Source: Promethearchaeota archaeon (GTDB lineage: Archaea > Asgardarchaeota > Lokiarchaeia > Sigyniarchaeales > SOKP01). From it: a stretch of DNA of 64,000 nucleotides. Under the pieces are notes generated by a model. The model worked only from the letters and a program-made list of their open reading frames with translations, was not told the DNA's origin and did not search any database. The stretch covers positions 82,431 through 146,430 of the forward strand of contig JBHLNS010000004.1 of NCBI GenBank assembly GCA_048941285.1. The letters are read 5' to 3'. A program made the position numbers and the translations under genes. Below, one piece after another: positions 40,126 to 50,143 of the stretch. Numbering within the stretch: position 1 is the first letter of the stretch; each line of letters opens with the position of its first letter.

Positions 40126-43100
40126 CTATTCATTATCTTTCATTATTTCATTAATTTCTTTATTTTGTTCTACATCAGTTATACCAACTTTAGAGTTTTT
40201 CGACATTATATTTAATTTTCCTCTTAAAGTATTATCTATCTTGAAAATTGATTCCCTTGAGCTAAGTTCAAAAATGTGCATTTCAGATCTTTCATATGCT
40301 CTTCTCTTTTTTTTATATTTTTTAATTTGCCATAAATAGATACTCAAAATTAGTAAACCTAATAATATTGGTAAAGCTAAATAGAAAAATTGTATAACTC
40401 TTGGAGTTATAATTTTTACTATTACTATATTTGAAGTTGCTTCATTTTCATATAAATAGTAAAATTTAATACATGCTGGCTTTAAACTTACCAAATTTTG
40501 TCTTCTACCTTTAATTGTATAATTAAACACTACCTTTTCACCTGGCTTTAAGGAAATTATTAACTTAATTAAGTTTCCTTTCATTAAAGAGAAATCAGCT
40601 TGAGAATAACTAATCATATCATTAACCTTTATATTCTCAATGCTAATTGTTCCTGTATTCTCTACTTCTATGAATACGATTATTTCATCTCCTATTTCAA
40701 TTTGATTTTTACTAACAGATTTTGTAATTTTAAAATCAATCTCTCCTAAGATTTTGAATGTTGAACTAGATATTTGTAGAGTTCTACTTTCTAAACTCTT
40801 AATGAAATTTATAGGAGGATAATAATATCCTTTCCACCCGATCTTTCTCAAAGTAATATTAAAGGAGATTGAATCATTTATGTCTTCAAAATAAGGTATA
40901 AAAGTGTCTATTCTTCTTAAATCTCCAAATTGATCATTCATCATTATGGAAAGATCTGGTATCTTTATACCTTCTGGGTCAATTTTTTTAATATTTATGG
41001 TAAGATTAAAGACTTCTCCGATTGCCGGGGCAATGTTATTCAAGTTAGCATAACTAATGTTAATAATTCTAACAAATGGAAATTTATCTTTGTAATTAAC
41101 AGGTGCTGAGATAAAAACTTGGTTAGTGAAACTGATTAATTTAGAAGAATTTCCTCCTTCAACATTTTTTGGATTATGATAAACTATTGAAATTTCACTT
41201 AAAGATATTGAATTCGGGATATAAAATGTAAAATTAATTGTTTTTTCTTCTGAAGGAGCTAATTTTGCCAAATAATATGATAGATTATTATTATTAATAG
41301 TGAAATTGTTAATTAGATCTACAATACCGGGGATTAATACTGAAATTGTTATATTCTTGGCAATTTCTGATCCGATATTCTTAAATTTAATGAAATAGGT
41401 ATTTAATTCACCTGGTTTGGTGCTGTAATCACTTAAATAGGAATTAGCAACAATTGATGCTCCTCCATAAGTACATAAAGGTATTGAGTTAGAGGTTCTT
41501 TCAAATTGTATATAACCTGATGAAGACCCATATATTACCTTTGATCCAGAATCATCATTAAAATTAATATCTCTTACCGAAAATTCAATATCTAAATCAT
41601 TGATAGAGATATTAAATTTTACTGTTCGAGACACAGTTATTTTAAAAAGGATTGTAAAGTTTTGTTGATCTAATGGATAAAATAGCCAGTCTAAACTATT
41701 ATTTTGATGAATAATTGAGAATGTCCATGTATTATTTATATTAGTTTCTAAATAAGGAGTCATATCTTTAAATTCTTCAATATTAAAATCGAAAATTTCA
41801 AAATTAAATGCTTCTAAGTCTATAGATGCATTTATATCTACAATAAAAGAAACTCTTTCTAATTTATTATTTTCAAAATCAATATCTGTTGTATTTTTAA
41901 AGATAAAATCTATGTCAACTCTTTGTTCAAAGAATTTTTCTACAGAACCAATTATCCAACTTTCATCATCAGTTGACAGAGCCATATCCGCGTTAGTACC
42001 ACTGAGAGGTATTCCAGAAATAATTTCAGGAGTTGTAGGTGCAGATTGGATTGTGAAATTGTCACGGTAAAAAGGAGTAAAGGAATCTAAATTAGCAATT
42101 GAATAATTATTGATTCTATACGATATTAATTTTCCAGGTTCTAATTTCCAATTATTATCATTCCATATGCTATAAGTATTTGTAAAAATATCTTTTAGTT
42201 CATTTGGAGTAAATCCTAAAGCATTTAAGGCTGTAATTAATTGAGGATAACCTGTAATAATAATATCAATAACATGGGCCATATCTTCATTATAGGGTGA
42301 TAAATTTGTTAAATTAAGGAAATCTGGATAAAACGTGTCAAAAATTCCGATACCAAAAGAATCAAAATAAAATATTCTTGGATCTTCATTGAAATTAAAA
42401 AAATCTTCTATAGAATCATATTGATTAGGATATTCTACACGAACTACATCCCATATAACATCTTGAAATTGATCTGCTAGTGGTTGATTTCCAAATGTAA
42501 GAAGAAGGAAAAAATCATTAAGTTCAATTGGAATTTGAGTAGGAACCCCCCATATAGTATCATTACCTACATTTTCTGCTGTTATATAATAAGAAAAATT
42601 ATGAAATGCACCATAAGTTGCATTTCCTCCAACAATTTCCTTTTTGAGTAATAAATTAGGTTCAGAATTAGAAATTGTATAGGTTACTGATAAATCTACT
42701 ATTGGATTCACAATTCCAGTTGGAATAAAAGATATCCCTTGGAAACCACCTAATTGTAAGAAATTTATTATATCACTAGAGTCTTTTAAATTAACTGGTT
42801 TAACATATGAACGCTTAATACCCTCCTCATCAACCCAAAAAAAATCAAATGAATAATCTTTAAGATCTTGAGTATCAAAATCAATCCCTGCAAGATAAAA
42901 AAGGAGTCCTAGTTGTTCTAGAAGATAATCGCTAAATTTAAAATTCTTTGGAGTTACATCAATAATTTCTGTACATAATATATTTATTTCAATATCACTC
43001 ATAAAAGCACCGATTAATGCGATATAGATTTTTTCACTAGGTGATAACGGGGCTCCGTTGTAACCTAAGGCATCCCATAAATTGAATTCATATTGATTTT

Positions 43101-44082
43101 TCCCAACTTTTTGTATTCCTTCATCCAAGCCTTCATATTGAATTGAAATAGTTGTGTAATGTGAATTATTTGAAAGTGTAAATGAACTTAGGATATCTAC
43201 AAATTGTTCTAATTCATCTTCAGAAACTGTAGCATTAAATAATTCTCCAAAATTTTCTAAGATAATGTCAAACTGATTAATTAGGTTCTTAATCTCTAAA
43301 TTTTCTAAGAAAGATAAGTCTAGAGCATCTAAATTAAAGTTTACCTGATCCATTGAGATATCATATTCTCCTTCAAAAAAGTCTAAAGAATTAAGGATCA
43401 TAATAGATGAAGAAATATAGTTATTTTGAATATAATCTTGGCTAGTTAAGCGGTTTATATCTAAAGCACTCCAATATCCATCCATTGGAAAATTATTCAT
43501 AAGCTCATCAAAAAAACACACCCAATTTGGACATAATCCAATAAAAGGAAAAAAGTTGGGTTCTGATACATTAATCATTATTAGATCAATCTTGAATTTT
43601 CTTCTGATTATTTCTAAAGCTCTTTCTGCTCTCATTTCAGCATCTTCAGGATTCAAGACATCATCATAAAAAAGAAATCCAACAAAATTGTTAAATCCTA
43701 CAAGAAATTGGGAGGGAATGTTACTCTCAGTTAAAATTCTTGGAAATATCTCAGGATTTATTCCATTTGACGCACTTATTAATAAATTACTTTTATAAAA
43801 GGCAGGATCATTTGAATCAAATTGAGAAAGAATATTTGTATCGTTTGTAAAGAGAGATTGCTTAATTATTGATTTATTCCCCGCAACAAATGCATTAATC
43901 TTTTCAGCATAAAGATCTGAGCCTGCAACATCAGAGAGATTTAAATTATTATATTCCGACCCTAGTACTAAGTCCTCTTTTATATTTTTATGTTTAATAG
44001 TTGTTTCTAAAACTAAATTTAAAGGGGTAATAAAAACCGTTGAAAGTAAAATGCAAATGATAATCAATTTATTTTTTTTCAA
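40126..44082 (-). CDS. Large surface protein with DUF11/BatD-like Ig domains and a C-terminal TM anchor
   Basis: Signal peptide; repeated ..K.......Y.I...N.G modules (ITAENVG, IKFKNIG, IEVENTG); TM FFYLALPILLGLLILSIYLW followed by a basic stop-transfer. Confidence 0.8.
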   Translation of the reverse strand: MKKNKLIIICILLSTVFITPLNLVLETTIKHKNIKEDLVLGSEYNNLNLSDVAGSDLYAEKINAFVAGNKSIIKQSLFTNDTNILSQFDSNDPAFYKSNLLISASNGINPEIFPRILTESNIPSQFLVGFNNFVGFLFYDDVLNPEDAEMRAERALEIIRRKFKIDLIMINVSEPNFFPFIGLCPNWVCFFDELMNNFPMDGYWSALDINRLTSQDYIQNNYISSSIMILNSLDFFEGEYDISMDQVNFNLDALDLSFLENLEIKNLINQFDIILENFGELFNATVSEDELEQFVDILSSFTLSNNSHYTTISIQYEGLDEGIQKVGKNQYEFNLWDALGYNGAPLSPSEKIYIALIGAFMSDIEINILCTEIIDVTPKNFKFSDYLLEQLGLLFYLAGIDFDTQDLKDYSFDFFWVDEEGIKRSYVKPVNLKDSSDIINFLQLGGFQGISFIPTGIVNPIVDLSVTYTISNSEPNLLLKKEIVGGNATYGAFHNFSYYITAENVGNDTIWGVPTQIPIELNDFFLLLTFGNQPLADQFQDVIWDVVRVEYPNQYDSIEDFFNFNEDPRIFYFDSFGIGIFDTFYPDFLNLTNLSPYNEDMAHVIDIIITGYPQLITALNALGFTPNELKDIFTNTYSIWNDNNWKLEPGKLISYRINNYSIANLDSFTPFYRDNFTIQSAPTTPEIISGIPLSGTNADMALSTDDESWIIGSVEKFFEQRVDIDFIFKNTTDIDFENNKLERVSFIVDINASIDLEAFNFEIFDFNIEEFKDMTPYLETNINNTWTFSIIHQNNSLDWLFYPLDQQNFTILFKITVSRTVKFNISINDLDIEFSVRDINFNDDSGSKVIYGSSSGYIQFERTSNSIPLCTYGGASIVANSYLSDYSTKPGELNTYFIKFKNIGSEIAKNITISVLIPGIVDLINNFTINNNNLSYYLAKLAPSEEKTINFTFYIPNSISLSEISIVYHNPKNVEGGNSSKLISFTNQVFISAPVNYKDKFPFVRIINISYANLNNIAPAIGEVFNLTINIKKIDPEGIKIPDLSIMMNDQFGDLRRIDTFIPYFEDINDSISFNITLRKIGWKGYYYPPINFIKSLESRTLQISSSTFKILGEIDFKITKSVSKNQIEIGDEIIVFIEVENTGTISIENIKVNDMISYSQADFSLMKGNLIKLIISLKPGEKVVFNYTIKGRRQNLVSLKPACIKFYYLYENEATSNIVIVKIITPRVIQFFYLALPILLGLLILSIYLWQIKKYKKKRRAYERSEMHIFELSSRESIFKIDNTLRGKLNIMSKNSKVGITDVEQNKEINEIMKDNE

Positions 44083-44097
44083 TTCCTTTTCCCTTTG

Positions 44098-47082
44098 CTA
44101 AACTGTTTCTCTATAAATTTCAACAATCTTTTGTTTTCTCGCTTTTCTTAGCAATATTTTCATTCCAAAGAAAATCATTAAAATCGACAAAGCATAAATT
44201 AAAATTATATTATTCCAAGGCACATAGAGAACATTGGGCATTCCCAATAACGTACCCATCATTTGGCTTGTAACCAACCAACTTGTAAGCCAACCCACTA
44301 TAATCCCTATAGTTCCACTGCTAATCATAATGATCAAGGATTCTAATATAAATAATCTATTAATTTCTCTCCCTTTAAGACCTAATGTTCTTACAATACC
44401 AATCTCTTTCTTTCTCTCTATTATGGTTGAATATGATGAAGATAATAACCCAAAAACACAAATAAATACAGTAGTAAGAGCTATTAATGTAAATAATGTA
44501 TCTAATACAAAAAAAGCTGACTGTTGTTGGGCTACGCTTCTGGCAAGATTGGTTATATCATAATTATATTCAGATTGATAATTTTCATTTATCATTCCTT
44601 CAATGATCAGAGATTTTGATACTTTATCTCCTCGGAGTTTAATAAAAACTCTGTCTAAATAAGGAATTGGTGGTATATCCATAATTTCAATATAAGTATC
44701 TTGAGAAATTAACACACCTCCTCTCTGTGCCATCATAGTAGAACCAGAAAATTCTTGAGAAAACCCAGGCATGCTTTTTGCAATTCCAACAATTAGAAAA
44801 GGATAAACTTCCTTTTCATCTCCTCTATATATAACTAAACGTACATTATCTCCCATTAACAAATTCATATCTAGGGCAATTGATTCAGAAATAATACAAG
44901 TGTGGATTTGATCATTGTAAAATAGCTCATTAAAAGACGAATCTTTACTTCCTGAAGTCATTTCAATATACTCACTTCTCACTGTGAATGGATACTCTTC
45001 GTCAATTCCAATTAAAGTTATCTCTTTTGTGGATAATCCAGCATAATCACCAATTTCAGCATTAAATTCTTTGTTTTCTTCTGCATAAATTTGGGTTAAT
45101 TGATAAGGCTTTGCTAAAACAGAGCTAACTTTTTCAATACCGTCTATTGCCATTAGCTCTTCTTCAAATTCAATAGTGAGAATTCTATTTGGATTTATTG
45201 ATGAATCTGCAGTCTGTAATTTTCCCTTATCAAAGAGACTGCTTTTTAAAATTTCATTAGAAACCATTCCACCACCAAAAATACCACCTCCTCCCGAATC
45301 TTCAGGTTCTTCCCATCCAGTAGTCTCCATAAGTAAATCTGATCCATATGCTAATTTTGTCATAGCTGTTGATTGTGCTGACAATGTATTAATAAGAGAA
45401 GAAGTGAAAATCACAAATGAGAAGGATAATGCAAAAATAATAATCGTACTTGAATTTCTACGCTGATAACGAAAAACAAAAATCTTTATCACATTATATA
45501 ATCTTCTAGAAATTGGTCTAAATGCTTCAATGATTAACCTTATTATAATAGGGATCAATCCTAATCCGGCGAGGGTTAAACCAATATTAAATATTAATAG
45601 GATTGCAATTAAGGTCCCTGCAAATAGAGTCAAATCACTTGAAACCATAATTCTAGGAATTACGTAAAAAACAAAACCGCCATTAAAAGCTAATATTAAA
45701 CCAATTAGTATCAATTTATAGTTAACGGTAGCTTTTTTTTGTAAATGATATAATGTATCTTCATGACGATAGGGATGAATTGATTCAATTAGTTGAAGAC
45801 GCATCACTTTATAAGCTGGAGCGATACTAACGATCATACCTACACTAATACCCATGATATATGATATAATTATAGAACTCCACGTAAAAGAGAAAGGTAT
45901 TGTTCCAAATCCCAACATGCTCTGTGATACAACAGTATTAGCAAAAGGAATTATTACATAATAAGAGAGTAAGAATGCTGTTATAATACCTGAAATAGCT
46001 CCAAAATTACATAATAGAAAACCTTGCATTAATACGATAGCTAAGTTATATCTTTTATTCGCCCCTAAAGTGCGAAATATTCCAAATTCTCTGATTCGTT
46101 CTTCTACAGAGGTTTTTAAAATCCCATTAATTAAAACTCCAGAAATCATCATTGCCACAATTGATACAAATACAAATACTATGACTATAAATATGCTTAA
46201 TATTTCAGCATAGCCTAAAATCCGCAACTTGGGTAAATCTATAGTATACTCATTAATACCAATTGCCACTTGTATATCTGTGACAAAATTCTTCACTAAT
46301 ATTTTAGATGTTTCAAAATTTCTGATATCATATAGCTTACTACTATCTTTGAATGTTAAGATTAAATCATCACATTTTCCTTGAAATTCCTCGACTCCAA
46401 AATATTGATAGATGGTTTCAATGTCGACTACTATCAGGTTCCTATTACGATAACTTTCAGGCCATTTTAAATTAAAATCAAAAATTTTTGAAATAGTAAA
46501 ATTTTTTGTACGATATAAGGTATTATCTCCATGAGTTAATCTCATTCTAATTTCAATAGTGTCATTCTCAGAATATTTAATAATCTTATTAAATCCATGG
46601 TAGATTACGCATTGATCTAAAGATAATTCATCTAATTCTAATAATCCCCCATCAATTGGGTCTTTAAATAATCCAAAATTAATGGTATTCTCTAAAGTAA
46701 AATTAATTCCCGAGATCGTAGCCCACTCCTCCTCATCTGTTAAAAAATTATTAACATAGCCTCGTATTTCCATTCTTGGAATGAAATTATTTACTACATC
46801 AGATGCTTCTTGAATAGTTTTAATTATTGGTTCATAATCATAGTAAGAAGATCTATTACTAGGTTCTCCATTATAATGCCTTACAGAGATAACAGCATCT
46901 TGATTTCCTGAATCTATAGATAAATAGTCTACATAACCCACTGCAATTGAATCTGATAAAAATAAAACTACAGAAAGAAGACCAATAGAAATAAGCATTC
47001 CTATTATAGCCAGCAGTGTTCTAATCTTTTGTTTTTTTAAATCTTGAAACGCATATTTAAAAACTAGCTTAATGTGTGTCAT
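44098..47082 (-). CDS. MacB/FtsX-type ABC transporter permease (paralog of 32280..35270)
   Basis: ERIREFGIFRTLG and ERKKEIGIVRTLG; same duplicated architecture. Confidence 0.92.
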   Translation of the reverse strand: MTHIKLVFKYAFQDLKKQKIRTLLAIIGMLISIGLLSVVLFLSDSIAVGYVDYLSIDSGNQDAVISVRHYNGEPSNRSSYYDYEPIIKTIQEASDVVNNFIPRMEIRGYVNNFLTDEEEWATISGINFTLENTINFGLFKDPIDGGLLELDELSLDQCVIYHGFNKIIKYSENDTIEIRMRLTHGDNTLYRTKNFTISKIFDFNLKWPESYRNRNLIVVDIETIYQYFGVEEFQGKCDDLILTFKDSSKLYDIRNFETSKILVKNFVTDIQVAIGINEYTIDLPKLRILGYAEILSIFIVIVFVFVSIVAMMISGVLINGILKTSVEERIREFGIFRTLGANKRYNLAIVLMQGFLLCNFGAISGIITAFLLSYYVIIPFANTVVSQSMLGFGTIPFSFTWSSIIISYIMGISVGMIVSIAPAYKVMRLQLIESIHPYRHEDTLYHLQKKATVNYKLILIGLILAFNGGFVFYVIPRIMVSSDLTLFAGTLIAILLIFNIGLTLAGLGLIPIIIRLIIEAFRPISRRLYNVIKIFVFRYQRRNSSTIIIFALSFSFVIFTSSLINTLSAQSTAMTKLAYGSDLLMETTGWEEPEDSGGGGIFGGGMVSNEILKSSLFDKGKLQTADSSINPNRILTIEFEEELMAIDGIEKVSSVLAKPYQLTQIYAEENKEFNAEIGDYAGLSTKEITLIGIDEEYPFTVRSEYIEMTSGSKDSSFNELFYNDQIHTCIISESIALDMNLLMGDNVRLVIYRGDEKEVYPFLIVGIAKSMPGFSQEFSGSTMMAQRGGVLISQDTYIEIMDIPPIPYLDRVFIKLRGDKVSKSLIIEGMINENYQSEYNYDITNLARSVAQQQSAFFVLDTLFTLIALTTVFICVFGLLSSSYSTIIERKKEIGIVRTLGLKGREINRLFILESLIIMISSGTIGIIVGWLTSWLVTSQMMGTLLGMPNVLYVPWNNIILIYALSILMIFFGMKILLRKARKQKIVEIYRETV

Positions 47083-47123
47083 ACGACTAAGATAATTTTA
47101 GTTTTTATTTTAACTCGAGCAAT

Positions 47124-48302
47124 TTAATTTAAAATTAATAATTCTCCCTCAATTTGGCCAAAAGAGTTGTTTTCCTCAATTAGTTCTTGAAGAATATCAT
47201 TAAAATGTTCTGGTAAATTCATAATTATAGAATTTGGAATATTATTTTTAATATCACTTATTGGAATTTCTTTTTTACCTTGATTTGAATAAAGATATTG
47301 AAAAATCTTACTCTTACATTTTTCTTTATTAATGTCAGTCTCCTGCCTCCTTTTAAGCTGCATAATCTCAGTTTCTTTTAAGCCACCAATTTTACCTTCA
47401 TGTGTAAGTTTTCCATCTCTCATATGAAAAACTCTGGTTGCGAATTCTGAAACTGCGGCATCATGACTTACAGCAATAAAAGTTGCCCCACGTTTATTTA
47501 AATCTCTAAGAAGATTTAAAACCATGACGCCCGTTTTAGAATCTAAATCACCTGTAGGTTCATCAAGAACGCAAATTGCTGGGTCATTAGCAAAAGCCCT
47601 TGCTATAGCAACCCTTTGTTGTTCACCTCCACTCAATTCAGAAGGTGTATGATGTGCCCTTTCGTCTAAACCTACTAATCGCAACAAATCCATCGCTTTT
47701 TTTCTTTTACCTCGACGGCTTAATTTTCCTGAAAAATGTAAAGGAACCATTACGTTTTCCATAGCAGTCATCTGAGGAAGAAGGTTGTAAAATTGAAAAA
47801 CAAATCCAATTCTTTCACGTCTTATCTCTGCTAAATCATTATCTGAAAGCATTGAAATATTACGGCCCTCTAAGAATATCTTTCCTCGAGTGGGGGTGTC
47901 TAATCCACCGATCAAGTTTAAGAGTGTTGTTTTTCCTGAGCCTGATGGCCCCATTATATCAATAAAATCTCCATTATCTATCGTTAAATCAACACCTCGT
48001 AATGCTGCAACGGCTGTTGTTCCTAAAAGGTATGTTTTATGGAGATTTTCCACCACAATCAAATGATCATAGTCCTTTCCAGCCACTTTATCCTCCTTGA
48101 CATCCTTTTTAATTTTTTTTTTTTCAATACGAGATTGAGAAAGAATTTCTTCTTTCATATGTTTAGCTTCTTCTTCTTTCCTCCTTTTTTTCCACTTTTT
48201 AAAATTTTTAGAAAGTTCACCTTTCCAAATAGCTAATTTTCCCGTTTCTTCTTCAAATTGCTCCATTAAGGGTGTTTTTTTTATTATTGGTGATTTAGAC
48301 AT
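47124..48302 (-). CDS. LolD/MacB-type ABC ATPase with N- and C-terminal extensions
   Basis: GPSGSGKT, GFVFQFYNL, LSGGEQQRVAIARA, DEPTGDLD and SHD motifs. Confidence 0.95.
   Translation of the reverse strand: MSKSPIIKKTPLMEQFEEETGKLAIWKGELSKNFKKWKKRRKEEEAKHMKEEILSQSRIEKKKIKKDVKEDKVAGKDYDHLIVVENLHKTYLLGTTAVAALRGVDLTIDNGDFIDIMGPSGSGKTTLLNLIGGLDTPTRGKIFLEGRNISMLSDNDLAEIRRERIGFVFQFYNLLPQMTAMENVMVPLHFSGKLSRRGKRKKAMDLLRLVGLDERAHHTPSELSGGEQQRVAIARAFANDPAICVLDEPTGDLDSKTGVMVLNLLRDLNKRGATFIAVSHDAAVSEFATRVFHMRDGKLTHEGKIGGLKETEIMQLKRRQETDINKEKCKSKIFQYLYSNQGKKEIPISDIKNNIPNSIIMNLPEHFNDILQELIEENNSFGQIEGELLILN
48113..48124 (-). repeat. A12 homopolymer in the 5' coding region of the ABC ATPase
   Basis: 12 consecutive T on the + strand (GAA AAA AAA AAA ATT on the coding strand). 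Confidence 0.85.
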
Positions 48303-48537
48303 CTTAAATTCTCTCTACTCTTACTTTTTCTATTTACAGAAAAATCTACTTTTTCATACTAATTCATTTTTTAACTTTATAATATAATAATGGAAAAATA
48401 AACTTTTTCAGATTACTAAACTAGTACAGATATGAAAATTTTGAATCTCTTTTAAAAATTAAGGTTCTAATTTACTCGAAGAACTAATTTTCCTTATTGT
48501 ATCATAAGAATATTCAACTTATGAATTTTTTTTACTC

Positions 48538-48771
48538 TTACCGATATTTTATTATGAGAAAAAGCCCAATACATAAATTAATAAGAGCGAGTATTAAACC
48601 AACGAATAATATTGGCCTAGAAAATTTTGCAGGTATGTCAGATGGGATTCCTATTTGTAGAGTCAACATACGATAAATAAAAAATGATAGTACCATAGAA
48701 CCTGCGAAAAATCCAATAGCAATTAAAATAAAAATATAACCGGCTAATTTTCTTTTTTCCATTGGATTCAT
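48538..48771 (-). CDS. Small 2-TM membrane protein
   Basis: Two hydrophobic helices; AAGGT ribosome-binding site upstream. Confidence 0.7.
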   Translation of the reverse strand: MNPMEKRKLAGYIFILIAIGFFAGSMVLSFFIYRMLTLQIGIPSDIPAKFSRPILFVGLILALINLCIGLFLIIKYR

Positions 48772-48862
48772 TATTCATACCTTAAATTCTTAATTTTTAA
48801 TAAGAGAGGATTATTTAAGAATTCAAGGTTTCATTTATAGAGTGAAATAAGCTAATAAATCT

Positions 48863-49594
48863 TTAAACTTCATTCTTTTTCAAATAATTCAAAATTAAAC
48901 TGAATAAATTCTTTTCAGCATCTTTCTTTGTTTTAAATTTACCGGATTTTAGCTTCTTTGGAATTCTTATTAATTCCTTTTGTTTAGAGTTATCGAAAAT
49001 CTTCGGGTTCTTCGCAACCCAGATTGGATCATGCTCAAATCCACCTTTTTCATATTCAAGTTCAATATGAATATTTGTTTTAAATTTATCTTGCAAAAAT
49101 TCTAACAATTCATTTTTGCTAGAAATAAATGAATTTTCAATTAAAATGTTAAAATCTTCAAAAAAAGGGGCTATTAATATTTGTTCAACCAAAGTTAAAT
49201 TATAGTCTGAATCAAGAAATAAGGCACCACACAATGCTTCAAAAATATCAGCAAGAATTCTTGTCCCCTTTATTCTTTGATTTTCTGTTTTAAATATAAA
49301 ATCCTCTAAATTCATTTTTTTTGCTACACTTTTAAGAGCTTTATCACTCTCCAAACTTGCCTTGATCCTTGTAATTTCACCAGAATTTTTTACATCCATA
49401 TGGTATAGTTTTAATATAAAGATTATTTTAATCACAGCATCTCCTAATGTTTCTAAAAAATCATAACTAAGCTTTCCAGTGACATTTGCTAATTGTGGAG
49501 TAGTTAGAGCTTGAATTAAGAGATCTTCTTTTCTAAACTCGTATTTAATAATTTCTTGGAATTTCTTTAGTTTATCTTTATCAATCTCGAACAT
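48863..49594 (-). CDS. rnc: Ribonuclease III family protein (catalytic domain plus divergent dsRBD)
   Basis: QALT, LETLGDAV, ADIFEAL.GALFLDS, K..L.E..Q, G..H.P and KKDAE motifs. Confidence 0.88.
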   Translation of the reverse strand: MFEIDKDKLKKFQEIIKYEFRKEDLLIQALTTPQLANVTGKLSYDFLETLGDAVIKIIFILKLYHMDVKNSGEITRIKASLESDKALKSVAKKMNLEDFIFKTENQRIKGTRILADIFEALCGALFLDSDYNLTLVEQILIAPFFEDFNILIENSFISSKNELLEFLQDKFKTNIHIELEYEKGGFEHDPIWVAKNPKIFDNSKQKELIRIPKKLKSGKFKTKKDAEKNLFSLILNYLKKNEV

Positions 49595-49711
49595 TTATTA
49601 TTTTACTATTATTCTCAGCAAAATTTAAAAATTTAGAAGACACTTTATATAATTTTTAAAAAATGGTGAAACAAATAAAATTTTATAATTTAGATTAGCC
49701 TTTAATATAAT

Positions 49712-50143
49712 ATGGGAAGTGGAAATAAAGATAAAATACTTGAGATCATTAAAGATATTGAAAATAAGAATTCAGAAATGAAGGAATATCTCTCAAGTCT
49801 AAAGATTCTATCTAGAAATGATATGCTAAAAGAAATCACCAGAGATATTCTAAATCATAACTCTTTAATACAAGAACTCTTAGGTGGTGATACACAAATC
49901 ATTTCTAATGGAAATAGAGAGAAAACTTCAATCGATTACATTATTGAAGATTATTTTAATAAGGTTCAAGAATATCCAAATAAAAAAGTTATTTTTTTAA
50001 GAGAATTCCTTGAACTATTTCAAGATCGCATTGAAGAAAAAGATAAAAATGTAATTCTTAATTCATTACAAGATGAAGACAATAACGATAAATTAAAAGA
50101 AAGAATGATATTATTAGCAAATACTTTTGAGCTTGAATTATAA
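49712..50143 (+). CDS. Hypothetical helical protein
   Basis: 143-aa ORF rich in charged helical sequence. Confidence 0.7.
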   Translation: MGSGNKDKILEIIKDIENKNSEMKEYLSSLKILSRNDMLKEITRDILNHNSLIQELLGGDTQIISNGNREKTSIDYIIEDYFNKVQEYPNKKVIFLREFLELFQDRIEEKDKNVILNSLQDEDNNDKLKERMILLANTFELEL

